From positions 94,399 through 158,398 of the forward strand of contig CAWDSQ010000011.1 in the NCBI GenBank assembly GCA_963804955.1: 64,000 bases of DNA, written 5' to 3'. The notes under the pieces are model-generated. The model ran no database searches and was not told where the DNA came from. It saw nothing but the letters and a program-made list of their open reading frames with translations. Numbering within the stretch: position 1 is the first letter of the stretch; the number at the start of each line of letters is the position of its first letter. The stretch comes from an uncultured delta proteobacterium (GTDB lineage: Bacteria; Desulfobacterota; WTBG01; CAIYCZ01; CAIRTM01). Positions 32,138-44,429 of the stretch are shown here, piece by piece. A program made the translations under genes and the position numbers.

Positions 32138-32651
32138 TCATGGGAGTGTTGTTACCGGTGAAAAAATCCGCGCAATGGATATGCGCTGTCCGGCATCAAT
32201 GTTTCGGGATGCTGCATAAATATGGTTGACGGATACCAGCAGAAGATTCACCCTCTCCAGGTGCAGGAGGCTGTCGCCGGAGAGGGTGTTTAATGCTCCC
32301 TCTCTGAAATTTTCAGGGCAGCAGTCAATTCGCTGCAGGCCGTTTTCTTCCACCACCAAAGGCATGCCGTGCGTGCGGCAGATGACAGGCCGGTGTTCGT
32401 ACAGTACACACTGTCCTTCATGCAGGAGCGGGCATAGCCCCCTGGCTGTTGCAGGCTTTTTCAGCTGAGCCCTGAGCCGCGGCCTGCAGATAATAGAATT
32501 CAACCGGCAGGAGATCAAGAACCTAACCGCAGCAGGCCGAGCATCCCGGGCTGCAGGCGATATGCCTGCCATGCATGTGCCTGAGCAGCATACAAAAATC
32601 ATCGATACGCGCAAGCAGCGATACGTACTGAGAAAAAGGATTTTCTTTCAT
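32138..32651 (-). CDS. YkgJ family Cys-cluster protein (in-frame TAG and a frameshift)
   Basis: CSPGCSACC then CPLL...CVLYEHRPVICRTHG. Confidence 0.75.
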
Positions 32652-32788
32652 ATGAAAATCACATAATTCATTTTGCCGGCATCTACAATAATATAATTTC
32701 AAACCGTGTAATTTTTTTAAAATATGCTATTTATAAAAGGGAAATATGCATATCTTGAAAAATAGTTTTTTTAACAGATGAGGAATGC

Positions 32789-34319
32789 GATGAAGCGTTT
32801 CGGTTTTGGCGTAAAAGTAAATTTTGGTTTTATACTGCAAATTATTCTCCTCTTGATCCTCACCTCGGTGGTCTTGCGCATACTCCATTATATAAAAGAA
32901 GAGACAACAAGCCTGGTGGATTCAAACGGCTACAATCGGGTGCTGAGCCAGACGGAAATTGACCTGTACAGAGCGCATGTGTCTCATTGAGAAACGTGTG
33001 AATATGCCGGAGTGAAGCTGCGGCACTCGTGGCAAAAGCACAGGAGCAAAAAATACAGCTTTTCTTTCTGATGAAGTGGGAAATTAAGCGCACTTCGGGC
33101 CAGGATCGCAGATGCTTGCACTCATTACTGGAATTGCGGCTGCCCGCATCCGGCTGCTTTCAGCTGAAAAGAAAGATTGTTACTGCGTCTCAGAATCCGG
33201 TGGGCGATCGGCCGTCCGGCAGGTGATCGCAGTTGATGTGTAGCCTGCCTTCAACAGCACTCTGGACAGCCTGCAGAAACTGCGGGAACGGTTTCACGAG
33301 CGCGCTCTTTCCTCGCGGGATGCGCTCTTCGGTCGCTATATTTTTATGCAGTGGGCAGTGGGCTGGACAACGATTGCCGGCGCACATAATCGGTTTGATG
33401 ATTATTTTTTTTGTTCTTCGGCCCGTGTTGCGGCAGATGCGGGAGGTGATTGAAACCCTTACTCGTAATTCCGATCAGGCACATGGCTGCTTCAGAGCAT
33501 ATGTCCGGAGCCAGCCAGGATATAGCCAATGCAGCCAGTCAAAATGCATCAAGTCTAGAGGAGATATCGGCAACCGTGCGGGAGATAGCCGCCACATCAA
33601 AGGAGACAGCGGCCACCACGAAAAATGCCAACGAAGTTCTTGTGGGCACCAAAGATATAGCCGAAAACAGCACCGAGTCTATCGTGAACATGAGCCGGGC
33701 GATTTCAAAAATCCAATCCGCTTCCGTCGAAACCGCCAGAATAATGAAGACGATAGATGAAATTGCCTTTCAGACCAATCTGCTGGCCCTCAACGCTGCA
33801 GTGGAAGCTGCCCGGGCAGGTGAAGCGGGCCGTGGCTTTGCCGTTGTGGCCGAAGAGGTGCGCAATCTGGCACGGCGCAGCGCAGAGGCGTCCAGAAGCA
33901 CCGCAGAGCTTATCGAGGAAGCACAGCGCAGCGCCGAGAACGGCGTTGCTGTGGCGGGAGAGGTGCAGGAATTTACGCGCGGGATCATCGGCAGCGTCGT
34001 CGTGATCGCCGATCTTATGAAGAATGCCACTGAGGCGAACAATGCCCAGGCTTTGGGCATCGATCAGATGAGCGTTGCGGTTGATCATATGGAGGAACTC
34101 ACGCAGAGGACCGCGGCCAATGCGGAGGAGTTTGTTGCCTCGGGGTATGATCTCAAAAATCAGTCAGTCGAGCTTGATAAAGTGATCCGGGTGCTTAAAA
34201 ATCTTATCGGCGGGGGCCGGGATATTCGTTCTGCCGATTCCTTTCAACAACCCGCCAGGGAAAAGCCTGCAGCTGCGGGGTTTAATGCCCGCAGGCAATT
34301 GCCGGCGCAGCGCAAGTAG
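32789..34319 (+). CDS. Methyl-accepting chemotaxis protein with a disrupted N-terminal half
   Basis: [39 protein letters not shown] segments lie in other frames upstream. Confidence 0.85.
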
Positions 34320-34354
34320 GTTCGCACCTGCGTGTGCCCCCTGCCATAGAAATA

Positions 34355-34401
34355 AAAAAACCGCCGGTTTCCTCATATTGTGGAGACAGCGGCGGTTTTT
34401 T
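34355..34401. terminator. Bidirectional intrinsic terminator
   Basis: aaaaaaccgcc...ggcggtttttt between convergent genes. Confidence 0.75.
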
Positions 34402-34419
34402 ATTGCCCTTGACAGGTCT

Positions 34420-36610
34420 TTATGCGCCCTGCAGGAGTTCCTCAGCGTTCAGCACTTCAAAATATTTGCGGGCGCCCGCAAGGGCATCGGCAATTTCCGC
34501 CCGCAGGGTATCGCTGCTCACAAGCTTGATCCGTGCCCGATAGCTTTTCAGCTTTTTCAGGAATTTTTCAAGAGCTTTGATTTCAACTGCCGTCAGGCCG
34601 TTGAAGTTAAGGACAAGCGTCCCTTCATGCTCCTTGAGATACGCGGCGATTCTTTTCTTGAGCTGCTTTGCATTGATGCGGTCAAAGGCCCCCGAGAGTT
34701 CAAGAATGAGGGGGTGCCGTGAGTCGAGGCAGGGCTTCAGCCGTATTTTTAAGAGCCCCTTGCCGCGTATGTCGGCCTGGGCAAGCAGCCATGCCGACAC
34801 CTTGCTCCGGTAATGGGCATAGCCGCTGTGGGGGTACACGGCATAGGTGCGCTTGAGATTGGCCACGAATTCGCAGGCCGTGGAGAAGGCAGCGGCAAGC
34901 CTGCGGCGCTGCGGCTCGATCCAGTTCAGGTCAAGAGCGTGCTTTTCAAGCTGGCGCGCCTGTTCGTTTTTTTCATAGACGGTCATGGGCTCATAGGTCC
35001 AGCCCTGCTCGAGGCGCCGCGCCTCCTTGCTGATGGTATAGTGCAGGAAACGCCCCAGGAGCGGTGCGGTGAGACGCGCCTTTAAGCCGAATTCGGCGTA
35101 CAGATTCTTCAGCGTCCGGTCGAGCCCGCCGCTCAGCGCGGCATTGCCGCCATACCATTTTTTCGTGGCCCACAGCACAGATCCGTACTTGTAGCGCAGG
35201 CCCTCGAATTCCCGGCGGATGCGGTCGCGCACGCGCGGATCGGGATGATTTTTATAGCGCTTCCAGCCGGTAAGCATGGTGCGTATCATGCGGGCGATGC
35301 TGGGGCCGTTTATTTCAAAGTCGCTGGTGAAGGCGCGCCGCAGGTACCCGGTTTCCATCCCGGCGGGTATGTGCCGGTGCCGGTAGTTCAGGCGGTACTG
35401 GCCGTGAGAGTCTGCCGCGGGGCATTCATCTTCGGATAGCAGGGAGCCGTCTTCCAGATGCTGCTGGTACAGGGGCGTGCCGGGCAGGGGCGTGTAGAGC
35501 ATGAACTGGTGAAAGTCGGTATGCGTGGCTCACGGCATGGTCGATAATGGCGCCGATATTGTCCGGCGTGTGGTTTTCAAGGCCGATGATGGTTGAGCCG
35601 AGCACGCAGATGCCGTGGGACTGCAGCTCGCGCACCAGATGAAAGGTGTCGATGCCGTCGAGCTTTTCATACCGGCTCTTTTCGCCCTCAAGGCCCATCC
35701 ATATCCAGGCGATGCCCAGGCGCAGCAGCTGGTCTATCTCGTATGACCGGATGACGCGGGCCGAGCTGAACACATAGAAAGTCCAGCTTTTGTTGTGCTG
35801 CTCCATCAGCTCAAGCAGGCGCAGGGCGCGCTTCTTGTGCAGCAGGAAATTTTCATCCAATACGAAGAAGGATCCGACCTGCAGCTTTTCCTCCAGCCCG
35901 CAGATGACCTTGAACAGCTCGTCGCCGCCCTCGAAAAAATTCACGAAATTGCCCTTGCCGCCGTACAGGGCAGAGGTGGAGCAGAAGTTGCAGCCCATGG
36001 GGCAGCCGACCGACGGTATCAGGGTTGCGGCTGTGTCGCCCTGTTTCTGGGGCAGCGTTATCCCGAGGCTGCGGGTGCCGAAGCCCGAAACCGCAAGGGG
36101 ATGTTTAATGGGGGCTTTTTCATCCTGCCCCAGGAACCGCCGGAACCAGCGAACGCCGTCGCCCTTGACCACATGGTCAAGGCTGACTTTTTTGTCCAGG
36201 TCGGGCACATTGGAAATATGGCCCCCGACGACTATGACGGCGCCGGGGCGCACGGCACGGATGATGTCGCACATTTTGCGCACCTTTCCGATATTGTGCA
36301 TGATGGAGGTAATGCCGATCACGTCGTAGTCATGCTCCCGGACTTCCGCCACAAAGCGCTCCAGTGTGGGAAAATCAAGCAGGGTGCAGGGGGCGTCGAT
36401 ATTGGACTCGATCATCATGAGGCCGAAGGAGCGGTGAAACATGCGCAGGGAAAAAGGTCCCTGTTCGCGCGTTACCTGATTGTGATACAGCTCCATGGGG
36501 TTCATGGCGCGGCTGCCGTATTCATCATCCTGGGCATAGGGCCCGAAAACGCTTGTCAAAAGGATACGGGCTTTTGCGCCGCGGGGATGTACGGGGTAAG
36601 ATTGACTCAT
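34420..36610 (-). CDS. Cobalamin-binding radical SAM protein with a C-terminal STAS-like domain (frameshift near 35520)
   Basis: DVIGIT/IVVGGH B12 domain; GCPMGCNFC; YTPLPGTPLY; tail LELSGAFD...LVLNFNGL. Confidence 0.85.
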
Positions 36611-36848
36611 GTGATTCCTTTCAGGATAAAGCTGTTTGCTCGCTGTTCGAGAGTACCAGCCGTAAGGTTCTCTGACAGGTCATCGTCGTGATTGCCGGGG
36701 GATTTTGTATATTCGGGCTGGCAGTGCAATCGTAATGGCCTTTTTAATTTAATACAGTATATCATATAAAGAAGAACTATGTTGGTAAATAAGAAAAATA
36801 TGAAATTCTGGCATGTTTGACCGTGGAAATGCCGCCATGGCAAAAGCC

Positions 36849-36876
36849 TTGACAATGCAGGTGCGTCCGGTATAGT
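36849..36876 (+). promoter_or_regulatory. Sigma70 promoter of ssb
   Basis: TTGACA-16-TATAGT. Confidence 0.65.
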
Positions 36877-36928
36877 TTTGAAGAGCACTCAAGCACTGTA
36901 TTTTCAAATTTCAGACGGGGAGAATTTC

Positions 36929-37348
36929 ATGTCAGTTAATAAAGTGATTCTTGTGGGGCGGCTGGGCAAAGACCCGGAAGTGCGTTTTACTGCCGGCGGA
37001 CTCGGTATCTGCAGTTTCTCGCTGGCTACCGACCGCAAATATACCAATAAGCAGGGCGAGAAGGTCGATGAAACCGAATGGCACCGCTGTGTCACCTTCG
37101 GCAAATTATCCGAAATTTGCGGGCAGTATCTGCATAAGGGTAGCCTGATCTATGCTGAAGGGCGCCTGCAGACACGCGATTGGCAGGATAAAGACGGCAA
37201 CAAGCGCTGGACCACAGAGATACTCGTCGATCAGATGAAGATGCTGGGCAGCAAGGGGGACCGGCCTGCCGCTTCGAGCGCTTCCCCGGGTGATGATCCC
37301 TTTGACCGCGTTCCCGACATGCCGTCCGATGATGATATCCCCTTCTGA
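36929..37348 (+). CDS. ssb: Single-stranded DNA-binding protein
   Basis: VNKVILVGRLGKDPE, TEWHR and C-terminal DDDIPF. Confidence 0.97.
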   Translation: MSVNKVILVGRLGKDPEVRFTAGGLGICSFSLATDRKYTNKQGEKVDETEWHRCVTFGKLSEICGQYLHKGSLIYAEGRLQTRDWQDKDGNKRWTTEILVDQMKMLGSKGDRPAASSASPGDDPFDRVPDMPSDDDIPF

Positions 37349-37362
37349 TGCTTAGGCCCCGG

Positions 37363-37417
37363 AATACCTTGCAGACTGTTGAAAAACGCCCTGTTTTTGA
37401 ACGGCCTGCAAGGTATT
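37363..37417. repeat. 55-bp palindrome resembling fused IS ends; possible terminator
   Basis: aataccttgcagactgttgaaaaac-gccct-gtttttgaacggcctgcaaggtatt. Confidence 0.55.
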
Positions 37418-37758
37418 GACTTTTCAACGCTTTGCCAGTGCTCACAGCCGGGCATCCCGGGGAGTGTTCTGTTCTGCTTGATCTCCTCTCTAAACAGGTG
37501 CAGTCAAAATAGATATATGCACTGTGTGGCGAATTATTGGTTTTTCTGGAAATTCGGCACTGGCGTAGTACTTTTGAGTGGCCTTCCCGGATGATCCGCA
37601 CGTTCGACAGTCAACAATCCACTACCTGCAGCCGGCCTAAGCATGTCTAAAAACAGACCCTGGCAAAAAATGGTTGTTTAACCAACTTGTTTTTTGACGG
37701 TGTTTTAGGTATATATAGCACAAGGATAAAAACCGATTGTCTTAAGACAGGAGCAGAT

Positions 37759-38742
37759 ATGGCTATACTGGTTGTTGGCGGAGCAGGGTATATAGGATCG
37801 CATGCCGTCAGGGAATTGCGGGAAAAAGGGCGGGATGTGGTCGTTTTCGATAATCTGGAACAGGGCAACAGCCAGGCAATTGGGGACGCGCCTTTTTTTA
37901 AAGGAGATCTGCGCAAGACCGCCGATGTGCGGAAGGTGTTTCAGTCACATGCAATTGATGCGGTCATGCACTGTGCCTCTCGTTCGCTGATTGGCGAGTC
38001 GATGCAGATGCCTGAGCGATATTATGAAACCAATGTTTCGGGTACGCTTAATCTTCTGACTGCCATGCATGCTGCCGGGGTAAAAAATCTTGTGTTTTGC
38101 TCATCCGGTGCAATCTATGGCGAGCCTGAGCGGATTCCCATTGATGAGGATCATCCGCAAAGCCCGATCAGCGTCTATGGCCATACGAAACAGTGCGTTG
38201 AGAAGATGCTTGAGTGGTTTGATACGGTGTATGGCTTGAAAAGTGTTGTTCTGCGCTGCTTTAATGCAGCAGGCGCTGATCCGTCAGGCCGGATCGGCGA
38301 GCTGCATGCCCGTGAAACGCATCTGATTCCGCTGGCAATTGATGCGGCCATGGGCGGCCGGGACTATATTCCCCTGTTCGGCACCGACTACCCGACCCGC
38401 GACGGCTCCTGCGTTCGCGACTATGTTCATGTATGCGATATTGCCGATGCTCATATACGGGCGCTTGACTGGCTGGCCGCGGGTAAGCCTTCGGCTGTTT
38501 TCAATCTCGGCAGGGGCAGCGGGGTGAGCGTGCGGGAAATTGTTGAGGCGGTCGAGAAGGTTTCGGGCAAAAAAATACCTCTGCAGGCCGAGCAGCGCAG
38601 ACCCGGCGATCCGGCCATTTTGATTGCCCGCTCCCATGAGGCAAAACAGAAGCTCGGATGGAAGCCGAAGTTTACGGATATCACCGCAATTATTGAAACA
38701 GCATTTAAATGGCAGACCGGAGCGGCCAAGACCTGGTCGTAA
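37759..38742 (+). CDS. galE: UDP-glucose 4-epimerase
   Basis: GGAGYIGSH, YGHTK, FNAAGAD and DGSCVRDYVHV motifs. Confidence 0.93.
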   Translation: MAILVVGGAGYIGSHAVRELREKGRDVVVFDNLEQGNSQAIGDAPFFKGDLRKTADVRKVFQSHAIDAVMHCASRSLIGESMQMPERYYETNVSGTLNLLTAMHAAGVKNLVFCSSGAIYGEPERIPIDEDHPQSPISVYGHTKQCVEKMLEWFDTVYGLKSVVLRCFNAAGADPSGRIGELHARETHLIPLAIDAAMGGRDYIPLFGTDYPTRDGSCVRDYVHVCDIADAHIRALDWLAAGKPSAVFNLGRGSGVSVREIVEAVEKVSGKKIPLQAEQRRPGDPAILIARSHEAKQKLGWKPKFTDITAIIETAFKWQTGAAKTWS

Positions 38743-38784
38743 TGCGGCCGCTATTTTCCGAGCGCTAATGCTTGCGCATTTTTT

Positions 38785-38895
38785 GCAGGTTGGGTTAAGC
38801 CCGAAAGAAACCGTTGGGTTTCGTACCTCAACCCAACCTACGAAAAACATGGGCTTACGAAGAAGTACAGGCTAAGGGCGAACCCAACAAATCCT
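38785..38895 (+). repeat. REPIN/BIME-like element, copy 2 of 3
   Basis: gcaggttgggttaagcccgaaagaaaccgttgggtttcgtacctcaacccaacc...agggcgaaccc. Confidence 0.8.
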
Positions 38896-38904
38896 AATTA
38901 TCTC

Positions 38905-39469
38905 TTACTTCCCCAGCATCTGCTCCTTCAGGCTTGCCTGCGCGGGCTTTGCGCACAGCCATATGCCGAACAGCGCCTTTTTGAAATCAATGCCCTGAAT
39001 CGTCGTTTTGAGCTTGCCGTTCTTGCTGATTTTCGTTCCGGCGCCGGGTGCATAGACAAATTCATACACATCTTCTTTATTTATCTTCTCCCGAAATACG
39101 GCAATAAAGCTCTCCATCCTGTCGGCAAGAGGAGCCGTAGCGCCGCCCGTGGCGTTCACAAATCCCTCACGCGTTGCCGCCTCCATTTTTTCGCTCGTGA
39201 TGAGCGATGAAATAATGTGCAGCCGTATGGCCATGGGCTCATCGGCTGCAATGATTTTTTCCGCATCGCTTTGCTTCTGCTTCAGATACAGCCCGCCCAC
39301 ATACAGATCCATGAAAAATTTCGTGCGCACGCCCGCGCCGTTGAGCGCAAGGGCCGCGCCGTCTGCCTGCAGCGCGTCGGGCATACTGATGCCGGCTATC
39401 TCTTTTGCCTGGCACAGTGATGCCGAGAGTATGGTGATGATGAAGAATAGCGCTAGATTTATTTTTCAT
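38905..39469 (-). CDS. Chalcone isomerase-like family protein (frameshift in the signal region)
   Basis: LNGAGVRTKFFMDLYVGGLYL; FKKALFGIWL. Confidence 0.85.
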
Positions 39470-39677
39470 ATGGTTTCCTTTGCTGAAGGTTGATGGTTTT
39501 TTTGCAAAATACAGCAGTGCAGCTTCAGAGGTCAATATCAAAATGTGATGGCCGCATAATTGTTGCAACCTGCCGGCTATCCGCTTTGTGCCTCCATGTC
39601 AGCCATCCAGGCCCAGGCTGATGCAAGCCGGGCAAAGCATAAACAGCCCCGCGTTTTATATTGTCGGCCTGCTGAGG

Positions 39678-39867
39678 TTAGACTCTGCGAAAGAGAGAAA
39701 GACCCCAGAGGCTGAGCCCGCCGCAGACAAGCACTGCGGCAGTCGATATTTCCATGGGCACAGCCCAGCCGCCAACCGTAATTTGCCAGCCCAGCATCAG
39801 ACGAACAACATGCACTGCCTGCGGCAAGGCCGAAAAACAGGCTCGTCAGTACACTGTATATTTTCAT
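39678..39867 (-). CDS. Small two-TM membrane protein (1 frameshift)
   Basis: Re-joined FGLAAAVHVVRLMLGWQITVGGWAVPMEIS...LSLWG; RBS GGAG. Confidence 0.55.
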
Positions 39868-39939
39868 GGCGCGTGTCTCCCTTCAGGATGTTTGGTTGGA
39901 AGAGACTGTATTGAAAACAACTACCGTAGCTCCCGGGTT

Positions 39940-40734
39940 TTAGGTATGTATTCTTGCATCCGGGTCGGGCAGCTCACGCACGTCTCCGCGTTCCCACCAG
40001 GTATAGGGCACATAGGTGTTGGGCGGCGCCCCGGCATTGTAAAATGCCTCAAGGTAGCGGTTGATGGTCCTGCGGTCGGCGCTGCGCGGGAAATCATCCG
40101 GCTCCGCACATTCGATGCTGACATTCCTGCGGGGTGAAAAGAAAATGCCGTTTGCCGGGACGGAGCACAGGGCTTTTTTTAAACCAGTGTCAATGCCCGG
40201 CGCATGGCCCGAAGCCCAGCTGAAGGAACTGCCCCACAGGCCCGTGGTGCGCACCAGCACGATGCGCACATCAGGGCAGGACCGCAGTATGGTCTCCACG
40301 GCGCTGGTGCTGCGCAGATTTTCAAAGCGGCTGCGATAGGCGCGGCCTGCGGGATAGAGTATCACATTTTCGCCCTGGTTGAGCGCCGTGATGACCTCAG
40401 CCAGAGCATTTTCTATGATTCCCTTAGCCCTTCTGCCCGCGCGCTTGATGTCGGGAATCGGTATCGTGCCGATGAGCTCACACAGCCAGCGGAGCACCGG
40501 CCGGTTGATTTGATCCTCGAAAGCAAGGGGCCGTGCGCGGAAGGCCGGATAGAGCAGCGTGGTGATGATGAGGGGATCGATGAGGGAGGGGTGATTGGGT
40601 AGAAACAGCACGCCGGTTGCGCCCCGGCCGCGCACCCGGTCAAGCCCGCTGCAGGGTTATGCGATAGCGCAGCCACAGCAGCAGGCGGATGATGTATGAG
40701 GCGAAACAGCAGATTGGAATCATGAAAATACCAT
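39940..40734 (-). pseudogene. PlsC acyltransferase domain of an Aas-like protein; AMP-binding part absent
   Basis: NHPSLID, ILYPAG and GLWGSSFS motifs; ends after NTYVPYTWWE. Confidence 0.65.
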
Positions 40735-40806
40735 ACCCTGCAAGCGGGAATTCGGAAATCGCCGAACTTTCAATTTAAAAGCATTTTGTGACATGTTAGC
40801 TCGAAC

Positions 40807-41036
40807 TAGACATTCAAAAAGTCAGGCAGTGTCTTCTTTATTGTCATGCCGGCGAAAGCCGGCAATCCAGGAGTTTTCATGCAGGGGCACGATGCACGTG
40901 CCCTGCTGAATGACAGAACCATGCTTTTGTTCAGTTGCCGCTTATGCCGTCATCTTCGCAAGCGATCATTTTTGCGGCTACAAGCTGCGAATCCCAGCGG
41001 CTTTTGACCGCAGATAGACTGACTTTCTGAGGTCTA
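40807..41036. mobile_element. Degenerate MITE-like element
   Basis: Imperfect inverted repeat TAGACATTCAAAAAGTCAG / CTGACTTTCTGAGGTCTA enclosing REP-like palindromes. Confidence 0.4.
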
Positions 41037-41100
41037 ATCTATTAAAACCTGATCGAAATGCAGGTCTACTAGATCGACTGCAACAGTAGAAAACAATGCT

Positions 41101-43039
41101 CTAGAATTTGTATTTGATTATAAAGTATGCGTTGCTGCCCTCGCCATTAACCTCGCCGTAAACGCCGCGTGTGGTGTAGGACCGGTCGGTGATATTTCTC
41201 AGCTTGAGCGCAAGCTCCATGTTTTTGACCGGCAGTCCCGTGATGAACAGATTTGCATCAAAGGTGGCGAATCCTCCAAGGTGCCGGCGCGTTTTTTGAT
41301 CGTTGTCGATCTGGCCAAGCTTGCGCTTGTCCACGTAATTCATTTCGAGATCAACCCTGAAGTGGCGCAGAAAACTGTACTCAATGCCGCAGTTGATGAT
41401 GTGATCCGGCGCAACATTGTAAAAGCTTTCGATGGTGTTTTCGATTGTTTCTTCAGGGTTATCAGGATTGGTAATCACGGTTGTTGCGCTGGCTCCCTTT
41501 TGATGCCTTCCCAGAAGCCGTGTATAGTTGCCGTAGAGCGACACGTTCTTGACCGGCTGACAGGTTATTGAAATTTCAACGCCCTTGATGTTGTCCTTGC
41601 CGCTATTGCTGATTTTGCCCAGAGCATTTCGTTCTATAAGATCCTTGAACTTGTTGTAAAAGTAGTTGACCTCGATGCCGAAAATATTCTTGTAGTGATA
41701 GCCGACCTCAGCCTCGTAGCTGTCGATCTGCTCGGGATTCAAACCTGTTTCTTCGATCAGAACGGCAAGGGTCGGGGTGCGGAATGCCCGTCCGTAGAGA
41801 AGCTTTATATCAAAGTCGTCCCAGAAGAGATAGTTGATGCCGAAACGGGGGCTGTAAAAGTTTTCATATATGCTATGGTCGTCATACCGCAGCCCGAAGG
41901 TCGTTTCCAGGTTGTCGGTCAGCTTCCATTTGTCCTGAAAGTAAAAAGAATAGAGGTGCGTTTCATAACTCGGGAAATAGGTGAACTCTTCGCCGTAGGC
42001 CCGCAGCCTGGTTCGAGTTGCCGTCGTTGTAGCGGATGGATGACCCGAATGTGGCATAGTTGTTTGAAAAGAGCGTCTGATCGTATTTGAGCTCAGCGCC
42101 GTACTGGCTGTTTTTTTGGCGGTAGCGTGTCGGGTCGTAGTCTTCAAAGCTGTTAAAGAACTGATACCATCCCTGCAGCGAAACAGAGGATTTTTCAAAG
42201 GACTTGTTGAGGGTCGCCTGAATAAACGAGAACGGCTTGGATTGCTCGCCATTGAGCTTAAAAACAGGCTCGCTATAGTAGTCGCTGTACTTTGAGTAGC
42301 GCCCTGATATTTCAAAAATATCCTTATAGCTTACCTTGCCGTATACTTCGCCAAAGCGGTCGTCGAGACGCTGGCCGCCACCGGGAAGATCATCTTCAAA
42401 GCCGTGGCTCTGTGAGGATGAACCGAAAAGGAATGTGTCCCAGCCGTTTTTTGCAAATCCGCACTGCATGTTCGTGCCGCGCGTATCGTCGGAGCCCAGC
42501 TCGGCTGAGACCTGCGCGCCCTGAAGCTTTTCGCCCTTTTTGGTCACGAGGTTAACGACACCTGAAAAAGCATCGGGGCCCCACATGGCCGACCCCGGCC
42601 CGCGGATGATTTCGATTTTTTCAATATAGTCAAGAGACATTTCCATGCCGCGCGGGTACGCTACGGTGGACGCGTCGCTCGCAAACGGCACGCCGTCCAT
42701 CATGACCAGAAATGAGTTGGGAATGCCCCGCAAAAAAATGCGCTCATGCAACTCGTTGCGGTCGACGAAAAAGCCGGGCACGTGGCGAAGCACCTCGGCC
42801 AGAGTGCGATAGCTGCTGAGGGCTTTGCCCTGTATGACGGTAACCGCCGCAGGCGCCCGGCGCAGGGGCTCTGCCTTGCGCGATGCGATGGATACCGTGT
42901 AGAGGTCTTCGCCCATGAACATGAGCCCCGTTTCATCCAGCGGCGGCGCGGCGGGAGAATCCTGGGCTCGTGCGTCGGCCTGTTGCAGCACGCAGGCGGC
43001 AAGTACCGCCAGCGCCATAAAAAAACTACAGTTCTTCAT
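41101..43039 (-). CDS. TonB-dependent receptor (frameshift near 42020)
   Basis: SIASRKAE...APAAVTVI plug; IEKIEIIRGPGSAMWG; GLRYD; C-terminal YKF. Confidence 0.9.
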
Positions 43040-44410
43040 TGTCACCTCGCAAACGGTTCACCAGGCTGCGGAATTTTCCGCGGCTCAGGCCCAGCAGCCG
43101 CGCAGCCTCGCTCTGATTTTCATTGGCAAGCTCGATTGCGTCGCGCACGAGCTTTATTTCAAATTCTTCAAGATTCATGCCGTCGGGCGGCAGGCGGAAC
43201 TGCCCGGGATCGGCCTGGCGCAGCCGGAGCCGCAATGCCGGGTGTGTTTAAAAAACCGAGATGCTCCGAGCGTATCGTGTCCGTCGGCGGAAAGAATGAC
43301 GGCCCGCTCGATGGCGTTTTGCAGCTCACGGATATTGCCGGGCCAGCCGTGACGCGTGAGCGCCCGCATGGCATCGTCGTTGATCTGCGGATTGTTTTTC
43401 CCCATTGACTTTGCCGAACGCCGCAGAAAATGCAGCGCCAGAGCGGTAACATCCTGCCGCCGCTCCCGCAGGGGCGGCAGATACAGGGGGAAGACATTGA
43501 GGCGGTAAAAAAGATCCTCGCGGAATTTCTGCTGCTCAACCAGCTCCGTAAGGTTTTTATTGGTTGCCCCGATGACCCGCACGTCGGACTGAACGGTTTC
43601 GGTGCCGCCCACCCGCTCGAACTCTTTTTCCTGAAGAAAGCGCAAAAGCTTTGCCTGCGCTTCGAGCGTCAGATCGCCGACTTCGTCGAGAAACACCGTG
43701 CCTTCATTGGCGATTTCAAAGCGGCCCTGCCGCTGCCGGTCGGCGCCGGTAAAGGCCCCCTTTTCATGGCCGAACAGCTCGCTTTCGATGAGCGTCGGGG
43801 CGATGGCGGCGCAGTTGATGGCCATGAATTTTTTTGCAGCACGGCTGCTGTTGTAGTGAATGGCCTGCGCCAGCAGCTCCTTGCCGGTGCCGCTTTCACC
43901 CAGCAGCAGCACGGTCGTGCTCGGGCTTTTGGAAACCATGGCCGCCTGCTTGATGATCTGCAGCATCTGCTGCGATTCGGTAACGATATTGTGGAACTCG
44001 AAAAACTCGGACAGCTCCTCGCGGTGAATGCGCTTCTCATCCACCAGCTCGGAGAACCGGATCGAGCGCTGCACGGTCAGCAGGATTTTTTCTTCCTCAA
44101 ACGGCTTGGTGATGTAGTCGATGGCGCCCTCGCGTATTGCCCCCACGGCCGAATCGATGGAGCCGTAGGCAGTCAGCACGACGACGGGATAATCGGGGTC
44201 GATTTTTTTGATTTCACGGATCAGCTCCAGGCCGTCCATGACCGGCATTTTCAGGTCGGTGATGACCATGGCATAGTGATATTTTTTAATGAGCTCCAGC
44301 GCTTCGCTGCCGTTTGAGGCCTGCTCGGTGCGGTATCCCTTCTGCTCCAGAATGATCTGCAGGATATGCCGCATTTTTTTTTCATCATCGACGATCAGGA
44401 TTTTATTCAT
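43026..44410 (-). CDS. Sigma54-dependent NtrC-family response regulator (frameshift before the HTH)
   Basis: Receiver domain, [22 protein letters not shown] and Fis-type HTH. Confidence 0.93.
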
Positions 44411-44429
44411 ATGATGCTCCTTGCCATGC

